A stretch of DNA of 64,000 bases from Bryobacteraceae bacterium (lineage in GTDB: Bacteria > Acidobacteriota > Terriglobia > Bryobacterales > Bryobacteraceae). Below, in pieces: positions 1 through 8,958 of the stretch. The stretch spans positions 1,593 to 65,592 of the forward strand of contig JANWXD010000020.1 of assembly GCA_025055455.1 (NCBI GenBank). Reading direction: 5' to 3'. The notes below the pieces were generated by a model. It searched no databases, had not been told where the DNA came from, and was given only the letters and a program-made list of their open reading frames with translations. The position numbers were made by a program, and so were the translations under genes. Numbering within the stretch: position 1 is the stretch's first letter; every line of letters starts with the position of its first letter.

Positions 1-41
1 GACAACGACGACCAGCACCTCAACCCGACACATCCCGATCA

Positions 42-959
42 TTATTGCGCAGCCTGCCGGAAAGGATCCCATCCGCGGGGCGGAAGTGGCTTGCCCCGGA
101 ACCAAACCCGCCCGGGCCGTCCCAAGCGCACGAAGCCGATCTCGGTCAGCGGAATCCCCTCGAACACCGCCGGCGGCTTCGCTTTGGCCGGCACGGTGAA
201 CAGCAGCTCGTAGTCCTCGCCGCCGTGCAAAGCCTGTTCCAGCGTGGCGCCGGGAAATCGCGGCGGCTCCCGCTCGAGGACCGCCGAGACGCCGGAGGCC
301 AAGCACAGGCGGTGCAAATCCAGGGAAAGCCCGTCGCTGAGGTCCATGGCCGCGGTTGCGCCGACGTGGTCCCGAAGAAACTCGCCCAGCTCCAGGCGCG
401 GCGCAGGGCGCAAGTGCCGAGTCCAGGCAGGGCCGCGACGTTGCTCGAGCCCCAGCGCGGAACCGCCGAGGCGGCCGGAAACGAAGATGCGGTCTCCCGG
501 CCGTGCGCCGTCGCGCCGCAAAAACCGCCCGCGCGGCGCCGTGCCGCAAACCACAATGTCGCAAAAAGCCAGGCGGGCCCGGCTCAGATCGCCCCCGACA
601 ATGACCACGCCATGTTGCCGGGCGAGCGCGCTCAGTCCGCGGTAGAAGCCGTCGAGCCACCGTGTGCGCGTGTTCTCGCCCAAAGCCAGCGACACCAAGC
701 AGAAGCGCGGTCGTCCCCCCATGGCGGCGATGTCGCTCAAACCCCGAGCCAGTGCGCGGTAGCCCACCGAAACGGAAGGATGCACCCCGGCCAGAAAGTG
801 CACCCCTTCGATCATCAGATCGGTCGTCAGGAGCCAATCGTGACGCGCGCCGCGGGGCCGTAATACCGCACAGTCATCCCCGATGCCCAGCACCAGCTCG
901 TCAGAGTTGCCCCGCTCGACCCGTCGGGCGATCAGGGACAGCAAGCTCCGTTCGTTCAT
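42..959 (-). CDS. thiL: thiamine-monophosphate kinase
   Basis: 305-aa ORF with ThiL hallmarks (LGIGDDCAVL, TTDLMIEGVHF) and a PurM/AIR-synthase-like C-terminal half (AMDLSDGL). Confidence 0.9.
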   Translation of the reverse strand: MNERSLLSLIARRVERGNSDELVLGIGDDCAVLRPRGARHDWLLTTDLMIEGVHFLAGVHPSVSVGYRALARGLSDIAAMGGRPRFCLVSLALGENTRTRWLDGFYRGLSALARQHGVVIVGGDLSRARLAFCDIVVCGTAPRGRFLRRDGARPGDRIFVSGRLGGSALGLEQRRGPAWTRHLRPAPRLELGEFLRDHVGATAAMDLSDGLSLDLHRLCLASGVSAVLEREPPRFPGATLEQALHGGEDYELLFTVPAKAKPPAVFEGIPLTEIGFVRLGRPGRVWFRGKPLPPRGWDPFRQAAQ

Positions 960-1022
960 ACAAGCAGGCGAACTCGCCTGATTGTAGCCCGAGCCTCGAG
1001 CCTGCGCGCCGCCGGCGTCGGC

Positions 1023-4000
1023 CTACCAGATCAGCTTCAGAGCCATCTGAATGGTTCGCGGCAGGTTCTCCTGGCGCGTGATGGTGCCAAAGGCCGCGCT
1101 GGTCGGACTGATGTTAGGCGAATCAAACTGCGGGTGGTTGAGCGCGTTGAAGAACTCGGCCCGGTACTGAAGCCTCACCCGTTCCGTGATCGTCGTGTCC
1201 TTGAGGATCGAGATATCGAAGTTGTTCGTTGCCGCTTCGCGAAGGTTGCCGAAGCGCGTCGGGAACCGACGGATATTCCAGGCCAGCTGCCGGGCGCTCG
1301 CGCGTTCGAACCGGCTCGTATCGAAGGCGCCGTCCACCGCCCGAGGATTCAACCGCAAATCGCCGCCGAAGTAGATCACATTGCCCCAGTCGCCGATCGC
1401 TTGCCCGGAAGCGAAGGTGTAGATGCCGTTGAGCGACCAGCCGCCGATCAGCCGGTCGAGCACGGGACCGGCGCCGCCGGCTAGCGCTTTGCCCCGGCCG
1501 AACGGCAGCTCGTAGACGCCGCTGACGACCACGCGGTGCGGCACATCTTCGTTCGCCACGCGCTTCTCCGGCGCCCGATCGCTTAGGTTCAGGAAGGTGC
1601 GCTTCTCGAGCAGCTTGGAGTACTGATAATTCACCATGGCTGCGAATCCCCGGGCCAGGCGTCTCTCTAGGCGGGCCTGAAGCATGTGGTAGAAGGAACT
1701 ACCGAAGTTGTCCCCCAGGATGGTGACTCCGCCGTCGCCCGTGAACTGCGGGAAGGCCCGCAGCAGCTGGTTGACTGGCACCGTGCTGCCGTTCAAACCG
1801 GTTCCGGGGAGCAGATTGCGGAAGGGATTGGCGACATTGGCCGTCATGCGGTCAATCACGGGTTGGTCGCGCACCGGCAGGGTGCTCAAAAACTGCTCCG
1901 GCACCCAGTTCAAACCCCGGTTCCCGGTGAGGCGCACCGCATGGTTGCCCATGTAGCCCACTTCGAACACGGTGTTCGAAGCCAGCTCTCGCTGGATCGT
2001 GAAATTCCACCGCAGCGAATACGGGTTGTCGAATGCGAAGTGGTAAAAACTGACGCTTTGCCCGAGGAAGGTGTTGATGCCCTGCGCGTTGCCCACCGGC
2101 TGCTGGATTCCGCTCGGAAAAGGATTACTCAGCGTCGCCGCTGGCGTCAGAAATCCATCGAGGGTGGCCACAAACGGCGTGCGCTGGAAGTAACCCGGCT
2201 GCTGAGAAACTTGCAGTCCGGCCGTGAAGTAATACATCCCCACTCCGCCCCGCAGCACGGTCTTGCGTCCCAGTGCCTCGGGGCTCCAGGCGAAACCGAA
2301 ACGTGGGCTGACCAGGAAGTCCATCTCGGCGATGCCGCGCCGCCCGGGCCGGGCGAAGATCAGCCCACCTACCGGGTTGAAGCGCGCCACGGGCAGCTCC
2401 GGAATCGGGCTGGCGGCATAGGCCGCCTTAGCCGCCTCGGTGACTTGGTTCGGCGTGGTCCCGTCGAAGCCCACGATTTGCCGATCGAAGCGCTCGGTCG
2501 TCGTCATCTCCCGTTCGAGACGCACTCCCAGATTCAGCGTGAGCGTCGGAGTGACCTTCCAGTCATCCTGAACGAAGAGGGCCCAGTAGCCGGCTTGGTT
2601 GCTGCGGAACGTTCCGACGTCAAAACTGCCGCCCGTCGGCAGGCCCAACAAAAACGAGGCGAAGCTTTGTCCGAACGGGGCGGCCGGGGAATTGTCCAGC
2701 GGGCCCTGCACCCAGCTCGTACCGAACTCGTAGCGGCCGGAGGACCTCCCGAGGTTGGCGCCGCTCTCACGATACAGCCGCAAGTCGGCCCCGAACTTCA
2801 AGCTGTGCCCGCGCATGAACTTGCTGAGGCTGGTGAACACTTGAAACTGGTCATACGGCAGGGGGATGCTGGCGTCGTGCCCGAGCTCGGGAAAGCCCGC
2901 GATGACGACCTGCGGCAGCAAAGCCTGCGCAGAGGCCCTCGCCAGCGAAGCGGGAAAGCCGAGCGTGGTCATGTCGAACCCCAAACTGGGCCGCCGGTTC
3001 CCCTCCGTCCAGCGCATCCAGTTCAAGCGCGTGTTGAGGACAGTGGTGGGCGTAAAGCTGTAGACGTCATCGAACGTCGAGCCCCAGTTGATGCGTTTGA
3101 GGAAATTCCCGGTGGCGATGTTCTTGAACAAATTCCCGCGGAACTCCAGCCGCTCATTGTGGCGGAAATTGAAGAAAAACTTGTGGCGGTCGCTGAGGTT
3201 GAAATCGAGGCGGCCCAGTTCGCTGTTGTAGTCATCGCCGCGCGTGGTGTTGGCTAGGTAGTTATTCTGACCGTCCGGAGCCCCTCTCTGGTTGGGCTGA
3301 GGGAAGAACTCCAGGTAGCGCAGGGCGATGGGGTTCAGCCGCTCCCGGGGAATTGTATTATTTGGGAACGGCTGGCGCCGGACGCGCGCCCCTTCGCGAA
3401 CCCCTGTGGCCGGATCGTAGATCTGGTAGACGCTGCCCAGGCTGAGCAGCTGCGAAAAGTCACCTCGCCGCATGGCGTCGGTCGGAACCGTTGTGGTGAC
3501 CGGCTCGGGGAAACGATCCTTGATGCCCTCGTAAGCGAAGTACCAGAAGACGCGATTGCGGCCGTCCAGAAGCTTCGGGATATAAAGCGGCGCGCCCGCG
3601 TTGACCCCCCATTGGTTGTACACCAACTGGCTTTTGGTCTGACCGGCTTTGTTGACGAAAAAGTCCGTGGCGGCGGTTCTGGATACCTGATTGAAGTTGT
3701 AGGCGTTGCCGTGGAACTCGTTGGTGCCGCCGCGCAAGACGACGTTCACCGTGCCACCGCCCGTGTTGCCGTAGGCGGCATCCGCCTGGAAGGTCTCGAC
3801 CTTCACTTCCGTCACGCTGTCCACGGGCGGGTTGTACGCCACACGGCGGTCGCGCGTTGTATCCGGCGCTCCGTCCAGCAGTAACTCATTGGTCCGCCCC
3901 GGGGCGCCGCCCATGGAAAAGTCCGCGGGTCCGGCGTTGTCGAACGGTCGCTGGAACCGCGGGTCGGACAGGGGAATCACCCCGAAGGCGATCTGCGCCA

Positions 4001-4463
4001 GTGACAATGGGGTGCGCCCGTTCATGGGCAGATTCTCGATAAACCGCGAGGTGATCACCTGTCCGGTCGAGGCCGTAGCCGTGGTGAGCACCGGAGCGTC
4101 CGCCGTCACCGTCACGGTCTCGACGACTTGGCCGAGCTCGAGGGTGATATCCAAGGACAGGGGCTCGTTGGCGCTCACCTGGATCCGCTCGCGGACATAG
4201 CGCTTGAAACCGCGAGCTTCCGCCTCCAGGCGATACGGCCCTGGCTGTAAGTACGGCAGTGTGTACTGCCCGGCGGCGTTGGTTTCGGTCTGATAGCGCG
4301 CCTGTGTCTCCAGGTTCGTCGCCGTGATCACGACGTTCGGCACCACCGCTTCCTGGACATCCACGACGCGCCCGGTGACCGAACCTCGAAACTGCTGTGC
4401 CGCCGCCGGCTCGGCGCAGAGCCATGCCGAGACTAGTGCGCCACATACAAACCTTGTCCTCAT
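1023..4463 (-). CDS. TonB-dependent outer-membrane receptor with CarboxypepD_reg-like N-terminal domain
   Basis: ORF 1023..4853 trimmed to the ATG at 4461-4463, which is preceded by AGGAGG. Signal peptide (MRTRFVCGALVSAWLCAEPAAAQQ). Carboxypeptidase-regulatory-like fold (VTGRVVD...AAGQYTLPYLQPGPYRLEAEARGFK). Long barrel ending in an aromatic residue (LKLIW). Confidence 0.85.
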   Translation of the reverse strand: MRTRFVCGALVSAWLCAEPAAAQQFRGSVTGRVVDVQEAVVPNVVITATNLETQARYQTETNAAGQYTLPYLQPGPYRLEAEARGFKRYVRERIQVSANEPLSLDITLELGQVVETVTVTADAPVLTTATASTGQVITSRFIENLPMNGRTPLSLAQIAFGVIPLSDPRFQRPFDNAGPADFSMGGAPGRTNELLLDGAPDTTRDRRVAYNPPVDSVTEVKVETFQADAAYGNTGGGTVNVVLRGGTNEFHGNAYNFNQVSRTAATDFFVNKAGQTKSQLVYNQWGVNAGAPLYIPKLLDGRNRVFWYFAYEGIKDRFPEPVTTTVPTDAMRRGDFSQLLSLGSVYQIYDPATGVREGARVRRQPFPNNTIPRERLNPIALRYLEFFPQPNQRGAPDGQNNYLANTTRGDDYNSELGRLDFNLSDRHKFFFNFRHNERLEFRGNLFKNIATGNFLKRINWGSTFDDVYSFTPTTVLNTRLNWMRWTEGNRRPSLGFDMTTLGFPASLARASAQALLPQVVIAGFPELGHDASIPLPYDQFQVFTSLSKFMRGHSLKFGADLRLYRESGANLGRSSGRYEFGTSWVQGPLDNSPAAPFGQSFASFLLGLPTGGSFDVGTFRSNQAGYWALFVQDDWKVTPTLTLNLGVRLEREMTTTERFDRQIVGFDGTTPNQVTEAAKAAYAASPIPELPVARFNPVGGLIFARPGRRGIAEMDFLVSPRFGFAWSPEALGRKTVLRGGVGMYYFTAGLQVSQQPGYFQRTPFVATLDGFLTPAATLSNPFPSGIQQPVGNAQGINTFLGQSVSFYHFAFDNPYSLRWNFTIQRELASNTVFEVGYMGNHAVRLTGNRGLNWVPEQFLSTLPVRDQPVIDRMTANVANPFRNLLPGTGLNGSTVPVNQLLRAFPQFTGDGGVTILGDNFGSSFYHMLQARLERRLARGFAAMVNYQYSKLLEKRTFLNLSDRAPEKRVANEDVPHRVVVSGVYELPFGRGKALAGGAGPVLDRLIGGWSLNGIYTFASGQAIGDWGNVIYFGGDLRLNPRAVDGAFDTSRFERASARQLAWNIRRFPTRFGNLREAATNNFDISILKDTTITERVRLQYRAEFFNALNHPQFDSPNISPTSAAFGTITRQENLPRTIQMALKLIW

Positions 4464-4668
4464 CTTTCTTGGGCCCCTCCTGAGGTGAATCATTAGCGGA
4501 ATTCTACTGCCGAGGCAAACCGCTGTCAAGAGAAAACCTACGGCTAACACACTGATTTTACGGAGGAAATCCTTTAGCCTTGCGAAGATGCGGCGGATCC
4601 GGCTCCGCTCCGGCCGATACAGTGAACTTTGGCGGACAATGCGCCGATAAGAGGATCGAGGGTTACAG

Positions 4669-5808
4669 TTGAAAAACGGCAACGCCTCTCCTGCGGTCCT
4701 GACTGCTGCGTCCGAGGCCGGGCTACGACCCGGGAATGCGCTCCCCGGGTTACTGCCGTTCGAACCCTCCGACGTCGAGTACTCCGAAACTCCCACGGTG
4801 CTACTGCTCGACGGCTCCGAAACCAGCCGCAAGCTCCTGCGCGGCATGCTCAAATCCGAGCCCTACCGGGTGCTGGAGGCGAGCTGCCCTTCGGAAGCTT
4901 TCGAGATCCTGCAACGCGACACGGTGGATCTGATCGTCCTCGACCTCGTGCTTCCGGAAATGAGCGGGGCCGAGTTTTGCCGCGCGGTCAAATCCGACCG
5001 CAAGACCCAGCTCATTCCCCTGGTGATGCTCACCAGTGTTCAAGGCATCGAGACCGAGATCTCCGGCATCGCCTCCGGGGCGGATGAATTTCTCACCAAG
5101 CCGCTGAACGCCGCCGTCGTGCGTACCCGCTTGCGGGCCTTGCTGCGCATGCGCGCCGCCATCAACTCTCTTGAAGAGGCCGAGACCATTCTTTTTTCGC
5201 TGGCTCGCGCGGTTGAGCACCGGGACCGCTACACCGCGGGCCACTGCGAGCGTCTGGCCTTCTACAGCGTGGCCGTGGGGATGCGCCTTGGCCTGGATCG
5301 CCGCGACCTGCTCGCTCTCCACCGGGGCGGCTACCTCCACGACATCGGTAAGATCGCCATCCCCGACGCCATTCTTTACAAGCGCGGCCCCCTGAGCGAC
5401 GAGGAGTGGGTCATCATGAAGCGGCACACGGTCAAGGGCGAAGAGATCTGCCGCCCGATGAAATCGCTCCGTTCCGTGCTGCCCATCATTCGCAGCCACC
5501 ACGAGCGCTGGGACGGCTCCGGCTATCCGGACGGGTTGCGCGGCGAGCAAATTCCCCTGACCGCCCGCATCTTACAGATCGCGGACATCTTCGATGCGCT
5601 CACCACGGCGCGGCCCTACAAACCGGCTCTGAGCGCCGACCAGGCGCTCAAAATCCTCGAGGAGGAGGCTGAGCGAGGCTGGCGCGATCCCCGACTCGTC
5701 AAAGCCCTCGCGGAAGTGATCCCCGAGGCCCAAGCGCCGTGTAGCGGCCTTTGGCCCCAACTGGAGGCGCTGGAGCGGGCCGAACCTCGTGCTTCCTTGG
5801 AAGCCTAA
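4669..5808 (+). CDS. response regulator, REC domain fused to HD-GYP phosphohydrolase domain
   Basis: REC motifs (VLLLDGSE, DLIVLDLVLPEMSG, LTS...K). HD-GYP motifs (HCERLA, YLHDIGK, HHERWDGSGYPDGL). TTG start at 4669 with GAGGG 6 nt upstream; the start is uncertain. Confidence 0.85.
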   Translation: MKNGNASPAVLTAASEAGLRPGNALPGLLPFEPSDVEYSETPTVLLLDGSETSRKLLRGMLKSEPYRVLEASCPSEAFEILQRDTVDLIVLDLVLPEMSGAEFCRAVKSDRKTQLIPLVMLTSVQGIETEISGIASGADEFLTKPLNAAVVRTRLRALLRMRAAINSLEEAETILFSLARAVEHRDRYTAGHCERLAFYSVAVGMRLGLDRRDLLALHRGGYLHDIGKIAIPDAILYKRGPLSDEEWVIMKRHTVKGEEICRPMKSLRSVLPIIRSHHERWDGSGYPDGLRGEQIPLTARILQIADIFDALTTARPYKPALSADQALKILEEEAERGWRDPRLVKALAEVIPEAQAPCSGLWPQLEALERAEPRASLEA

Positions 5809-5846
5809 CAGGTGGTTGAAAAAGCGCCTCAGGGTGGATCGATTAT

Positions 5847-6053
5847 TTACGCGGGACATTTCACACGGAGCGCCTCTTGCCCCTCCCCCTGCAGCGAGGC
5901 GCGCAATAGGCGTTCGAGCGGGATGGCGGGCCGGCCAGTGTGGGTGTTGACGGTGTCAAACTTGCCGGAAGACCTGCGCAGCACCTCACCCACCAGGGCA
6001 AAATGGCGCGCCGGGGTGTTGCTTGGGGACGCGTTCTTCCAGCGAAGCGGAAC
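5847..6053 (-). pseudogene. IS5-family (InsH/DUF772-type N-terminal block) transposase fragment, truncated at both ends
   Basis: Minus-strand translation reads NTPARHFALVGEVLRRSSGKFDTVNTHTGRPAIPLERLLRASLLQ. This resembles the conserved HPLRxIRxxVD...GRPSIPPExLLRAxLLQ block. It is bounded by stops at 6054-6056 and 5847-5849. No DDE domain follows. Confidence 0.55.
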
Positions 6054-6329
6054 TTAGGATGCGGGGCTGGTCGGAATCCCGGTGACGCTAACACACAAAA
6101 GCCACCCCTGCAACACTCTGCCGCATATTATATTGCGTATCCTTTACTTCGTAAGTACTCGCCTGGGCTATCGAACCGATGGATGTTCTCCGTCACGCTT
6201 CAAAGCCCCACAAAACGAGCACGAGTCATCTTGTTGCTGAAACCAAGCGCCTCCCGAGAGGAGGCAAGGAGAAATCGTCACCCGAAAAAGCATAATGCAA
6301 ACCAGGCGAACTTCAAAGAGGAGCTTCGT

Positions 6330-6980
6330 TAACTTCCGGCGCGGCCAGAAAACTCTGGTGACGCCGTTGATAGAGACGTACCTGCGGGGTTTCCGCCCGC
6401 AAGGTGAACGCGGTGACCGAAGAGTTATGCGGACACGAGTTTTGGCCGGCGACCATCAACCGATTGATCGAAAGCTGGACGAGGAAATGGACAAGTTCGC
6501 CTGGAGGTGACTGGAAGAGGCTTATCCCTACCTGATTCTGGACGCGGGCTATGAAAAAGTGCGGCAAGATGGGCCGGAGCGCAGCCAGACGGTGCTAGTA
6601 GCGATCGCGGTAACCGGGGCGGTCGGCACTCGCTGCTAGCGGGCGGGGGCGTGACCATGCGGGAAAGCCAGTTTAGCCGAGAGTAGCTGTCCCGAGGCTT
6701 CGGCAGCGGGTCCCGCACGGGGTCAGGTCGGCGAAGCGCTAATCCAGGCTGTGCACTGAGCTTCTCCCGCTCGCCGCGGCAGCACCGCAAGCATCTGAAG
6801 TCGACCGACATGCTGGAACGGCGGATGGAGGAGTTCAAGCAGCGTACGCTTGTGGTCGGAATCTTCCCGAACCTGGCAGAGTGTCGGCGGCCTATCCGGG
6901 CGCTGGCGGTAGCGAGGCACAAGAACCGGATCGAGAGGACGCCAAACCTGAACGTGTGGCCGCTAGCGAAGCAGCGGTAG
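6330..6980 (+). pseudogene. IS256-family (Mutator-like) transposase remnant with frameshifts, in-frame stops and an internal deletion
   Basis: Pieces lie in different frames: LIETYL / VSARKVNAVTEELCGHEF..INRLIES / LDEEMDKFAWR* / LEEAYPYLILDAGYEKVRQDG...VLVAIAV / ...STDMLERRMEEFKQRTLVVGIFPNLAECRRPIRALAV. These match the IS256 order (YPYLxLDAxYxKVR ... STNxLERxNxExKRRTxVVGxFPN). The N-terminal third and most of the DDE core are missing. Confidence 0.7.
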
Positions 6981-7121
6981 GAGGTCCTCAGGCGGCTCGG
7001 CGAAGCGGACGCAACGCTACGCTGTTCCGTGCTGCGCGCTTGACAGCTTCGCATCCACCAACGAGAGGACCATTCCATTCATAGAATTTGCCGAACTTGA
7101 CAAGCACAACTCGGTGTCGAT

Positions 7122-8513
7122 ATGAGTAATGACATAATTTCCCACGTGCGGGCATTATTTCAAAGCGGCGACTCATGGCGGTTGCGCCCGCTAATCCGAT
7201 CTTCTATACCTTGGTCACAACTTCCGCTGTGGGATTTGTGCGCCGCAGTTTTCTGCCTCGCCCTCGCCGTCCGGCTGGGGGCGATCTTTGTAGGGGAGCT
7301 CCATGAACGGTCGGACCCTCGTGGGCAGTGGGAAAACATTGCGCGAAGCCTGGCGAGGACGGGTGAATTTGCTAATCCCTACGGCACGCAGACGGGCCCC
7401 ACCGCTCACTCCGCGCCAGCTTATCCATTTCTGCTCAGTTTGGCCTACCGCGCATCAGAGCAAGAGACAGCGGCCCGGCTGGCAGGAATCGTGCTCAATG
7501 CCGTGCTGGCCAGTTTGGGCTATGCACTGCTGCCGGCTCTAGCCGCCGCAGCCAACCTTCCAGTCTCGGTAGGCGTGGCGTCCGGTCTCATAGGTGCCCT
7601 CCTGCCATTTCGTCTTCTTAGCGAACTCATGCTTAGCGCAAGCGGTGCGCCATTGCGCGCCCTGACTTGGATCCTACTGCACTTGGTTACACTGCGATGG
7701 CTTTGCGTAGCGCCTGCGCCCGCCCTCCGCTGGGTGTTTTATGGGGTCTGTTGGGGGGCGGCCTTTCATGTGGATCCGGCGCTGCTTCCCGTTTACTTGT
7801 TCTGGCTGGCGGTTCTAGCCCGGCGAGAGTGGTCGATGAGCCGCCGGTCCGCGACTTTATCAGTTATACTGACTTTTCTTGGCGCTGCCTTAATTCTGTT
7901 GCCCTGGACTCTCCGCAACTACAGCCGGCTCGGCGGCTGGATATTCGTCCGGAGCAACATCGGGATGGAGCTGGCAATCAGTAACAATGACTTTGCCCTT
8001 CCGATTCTTCCGCACGAGGTCGTACCGGCTCGTCCAGACATATTCCGACTGTGGATGCGGCACCATCCGGAGGGCAGCGAGACTGAAAGAACCAAGATCC
8101 GTACGTTGGGCGAACTGGCTTATGACCGCGTGCGGTTGGCGGAGGCGATCGACTGGATCTGCCGAAACCCGGGCCGTTTCGCCACCCTTTCTCTCCAGCG
8201 CGTCCGTTATTTCTGGTTTTACCCCAGCATGGGCAAACGCTGGCGCAACGTCATCTTGTTTCCGATGGTCGTCGTCGCTGCCTGGGGCCTGTTTCGCATG
8301 CTCCAGCGCCACCGCTTCGCCGGCTTGCTGTTTCTCGGCGATTGGCTAGCCTACCCGCTGACCTATTACTTCATCCAGGTCAGCGGACGCTACCGCTACC
8401 CCATCGAGTGGACCATCCTGTTCCTGTGCTGCTACGCCGCTTGGGAAGGATGGCACGCCTTGCGTGGCCGCAGCCGCTCGAAGGAACCTTCCATGCCCCG
8501 TCCGCCCTTCTAA
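7122..8513 (+). CDS. polytopic membrane protein, putative GT-C fold glycosyltransferase (PMT_2/ArnT-like)
   Basis: 463-aa ORF with many hydrophobic segments. Resembles ArnT/PMT_2-type proteins, including the NxGxxLAISNN-type segment (RSNIGMELAISNND) and a C-terminal NPGRF...YFWF region. Assignment by eye only. Confidence 0.55.
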   Translation: MSNDIISHVRALFQSGDSWRLRPLIRSSIPWSQLPLWDLCAAVFCLALAVRLGAIFVGELHERSDPRGQWENIARSLARTGEFANPYGTQTGPTAHSAPAYPFLLSLAYRASEQETAARLAGIVLNAVLASLGYALLPALAAAANLPVSVGVASGLIGALLPFRLLSELMLSASGAPLRALTWILLHLVTLRWLCVAPAPALRWVFYGVCWGAAFHVDPALLPVYLFWLAVLARREWSMSRRSATLSVILTFLGAALILLPWTLRNYSRLGGWIFVRSNIGMELAISNNDFALPILPHEVVPARPDIFRLWMRHHPEGSETERTKIRTLGELAYDRVRLAEAIDWICRNPGRFATLSLQRVRYFWFYPSMGKRWRNVILFPMVVVAAWGLFRMLQRHRFAGLLFLGDWLAYPLTYYFIQVSGRYRYPIEWTILFLCCYAAWEGWHALRGRSRSKEPSMPRPPF

Positions 8514-8543
8514 CCCTGCCCCTCCGAGACCGGAGCCACCTTT

Positions 8544-8610
8544 GGTGGGTCGATCCTCGTTCGGAGCAAGATGGGCTTGGAGCTGGCTATCAGCAACAAC
8601 GACCTCGCCG
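8544..8610 (+). pseudogene. orphan fragment homologous to an internal segment of the preceding GT-C gene
   Basis: Translates as GGSILVRSKMGLELAISNNDL versus GGWIFVRSNIGMELAISNNDF encoded at 7932-7993. The best-aligned 42-nt core is about 83% identical (35/42, counted by hand). No start codon or continuing ORF. Confidence 0.45.
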
Positions 8611-8958
8611 TGCGCATGAGGAGGAGTCGCTCTTGGCCACTAAGCGCGTCTTGAAGTGCTGTCGCATGCTCACCAGATGAGCAGGGGCAGCCGCTCGGGC
8701 AACGCCGCCTTTTCCCCTCGACTGTATGGCCGCCCGGCGAATGCCGCCTTGCCCACGCGGCATGCGGACTGCTACGTGGCGGTAGAGCAGTCCCCGGGGT
8801 TCGATTCCGCGCGGTATAGCTGGAACGGGTCTCGCAACGCCCGTACCACACGATACCACCTTCCGTCCAGCCGGTAGGGCCGAGGAGACGCGCGCTGCGA
8901 CGGCGCGGTGCTGCTGAACTTTCCCGGCATCCCGCACCGGCACACACCCTGGGTCAGA

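Noticed and set aside
1686-3257. 523-aa plus-strand ORF.
   Set aside because: It lies antisense to the TBDR gene at 1023..4463 and has an Arg/Gly/Ala/Pro-rich composition typical of shadow ORFs in high-GC DNA. No recognisable motifs.
6425-7078. 217-aa minus-strand ORF in the IS-remnant region.
   Set aside because: No motifs and an Arg/Ser/Cys-rich composition. The plus strand carries recognisable IS256 blocks, so this is most likely a non-coding shadow frame.
8740-8830. Possible tRNA gene because of the GGTTCGATTCC T-loop and GGTAGAGCA D-arm-like string.
   Set aside because: No anticodon arm fits between the D-like and T-like parts. No 5' strand is complementary to the putative 3' acceptor (cggtata). 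The T-stem has a central mismatch. Treated as a fragment, not a gene.
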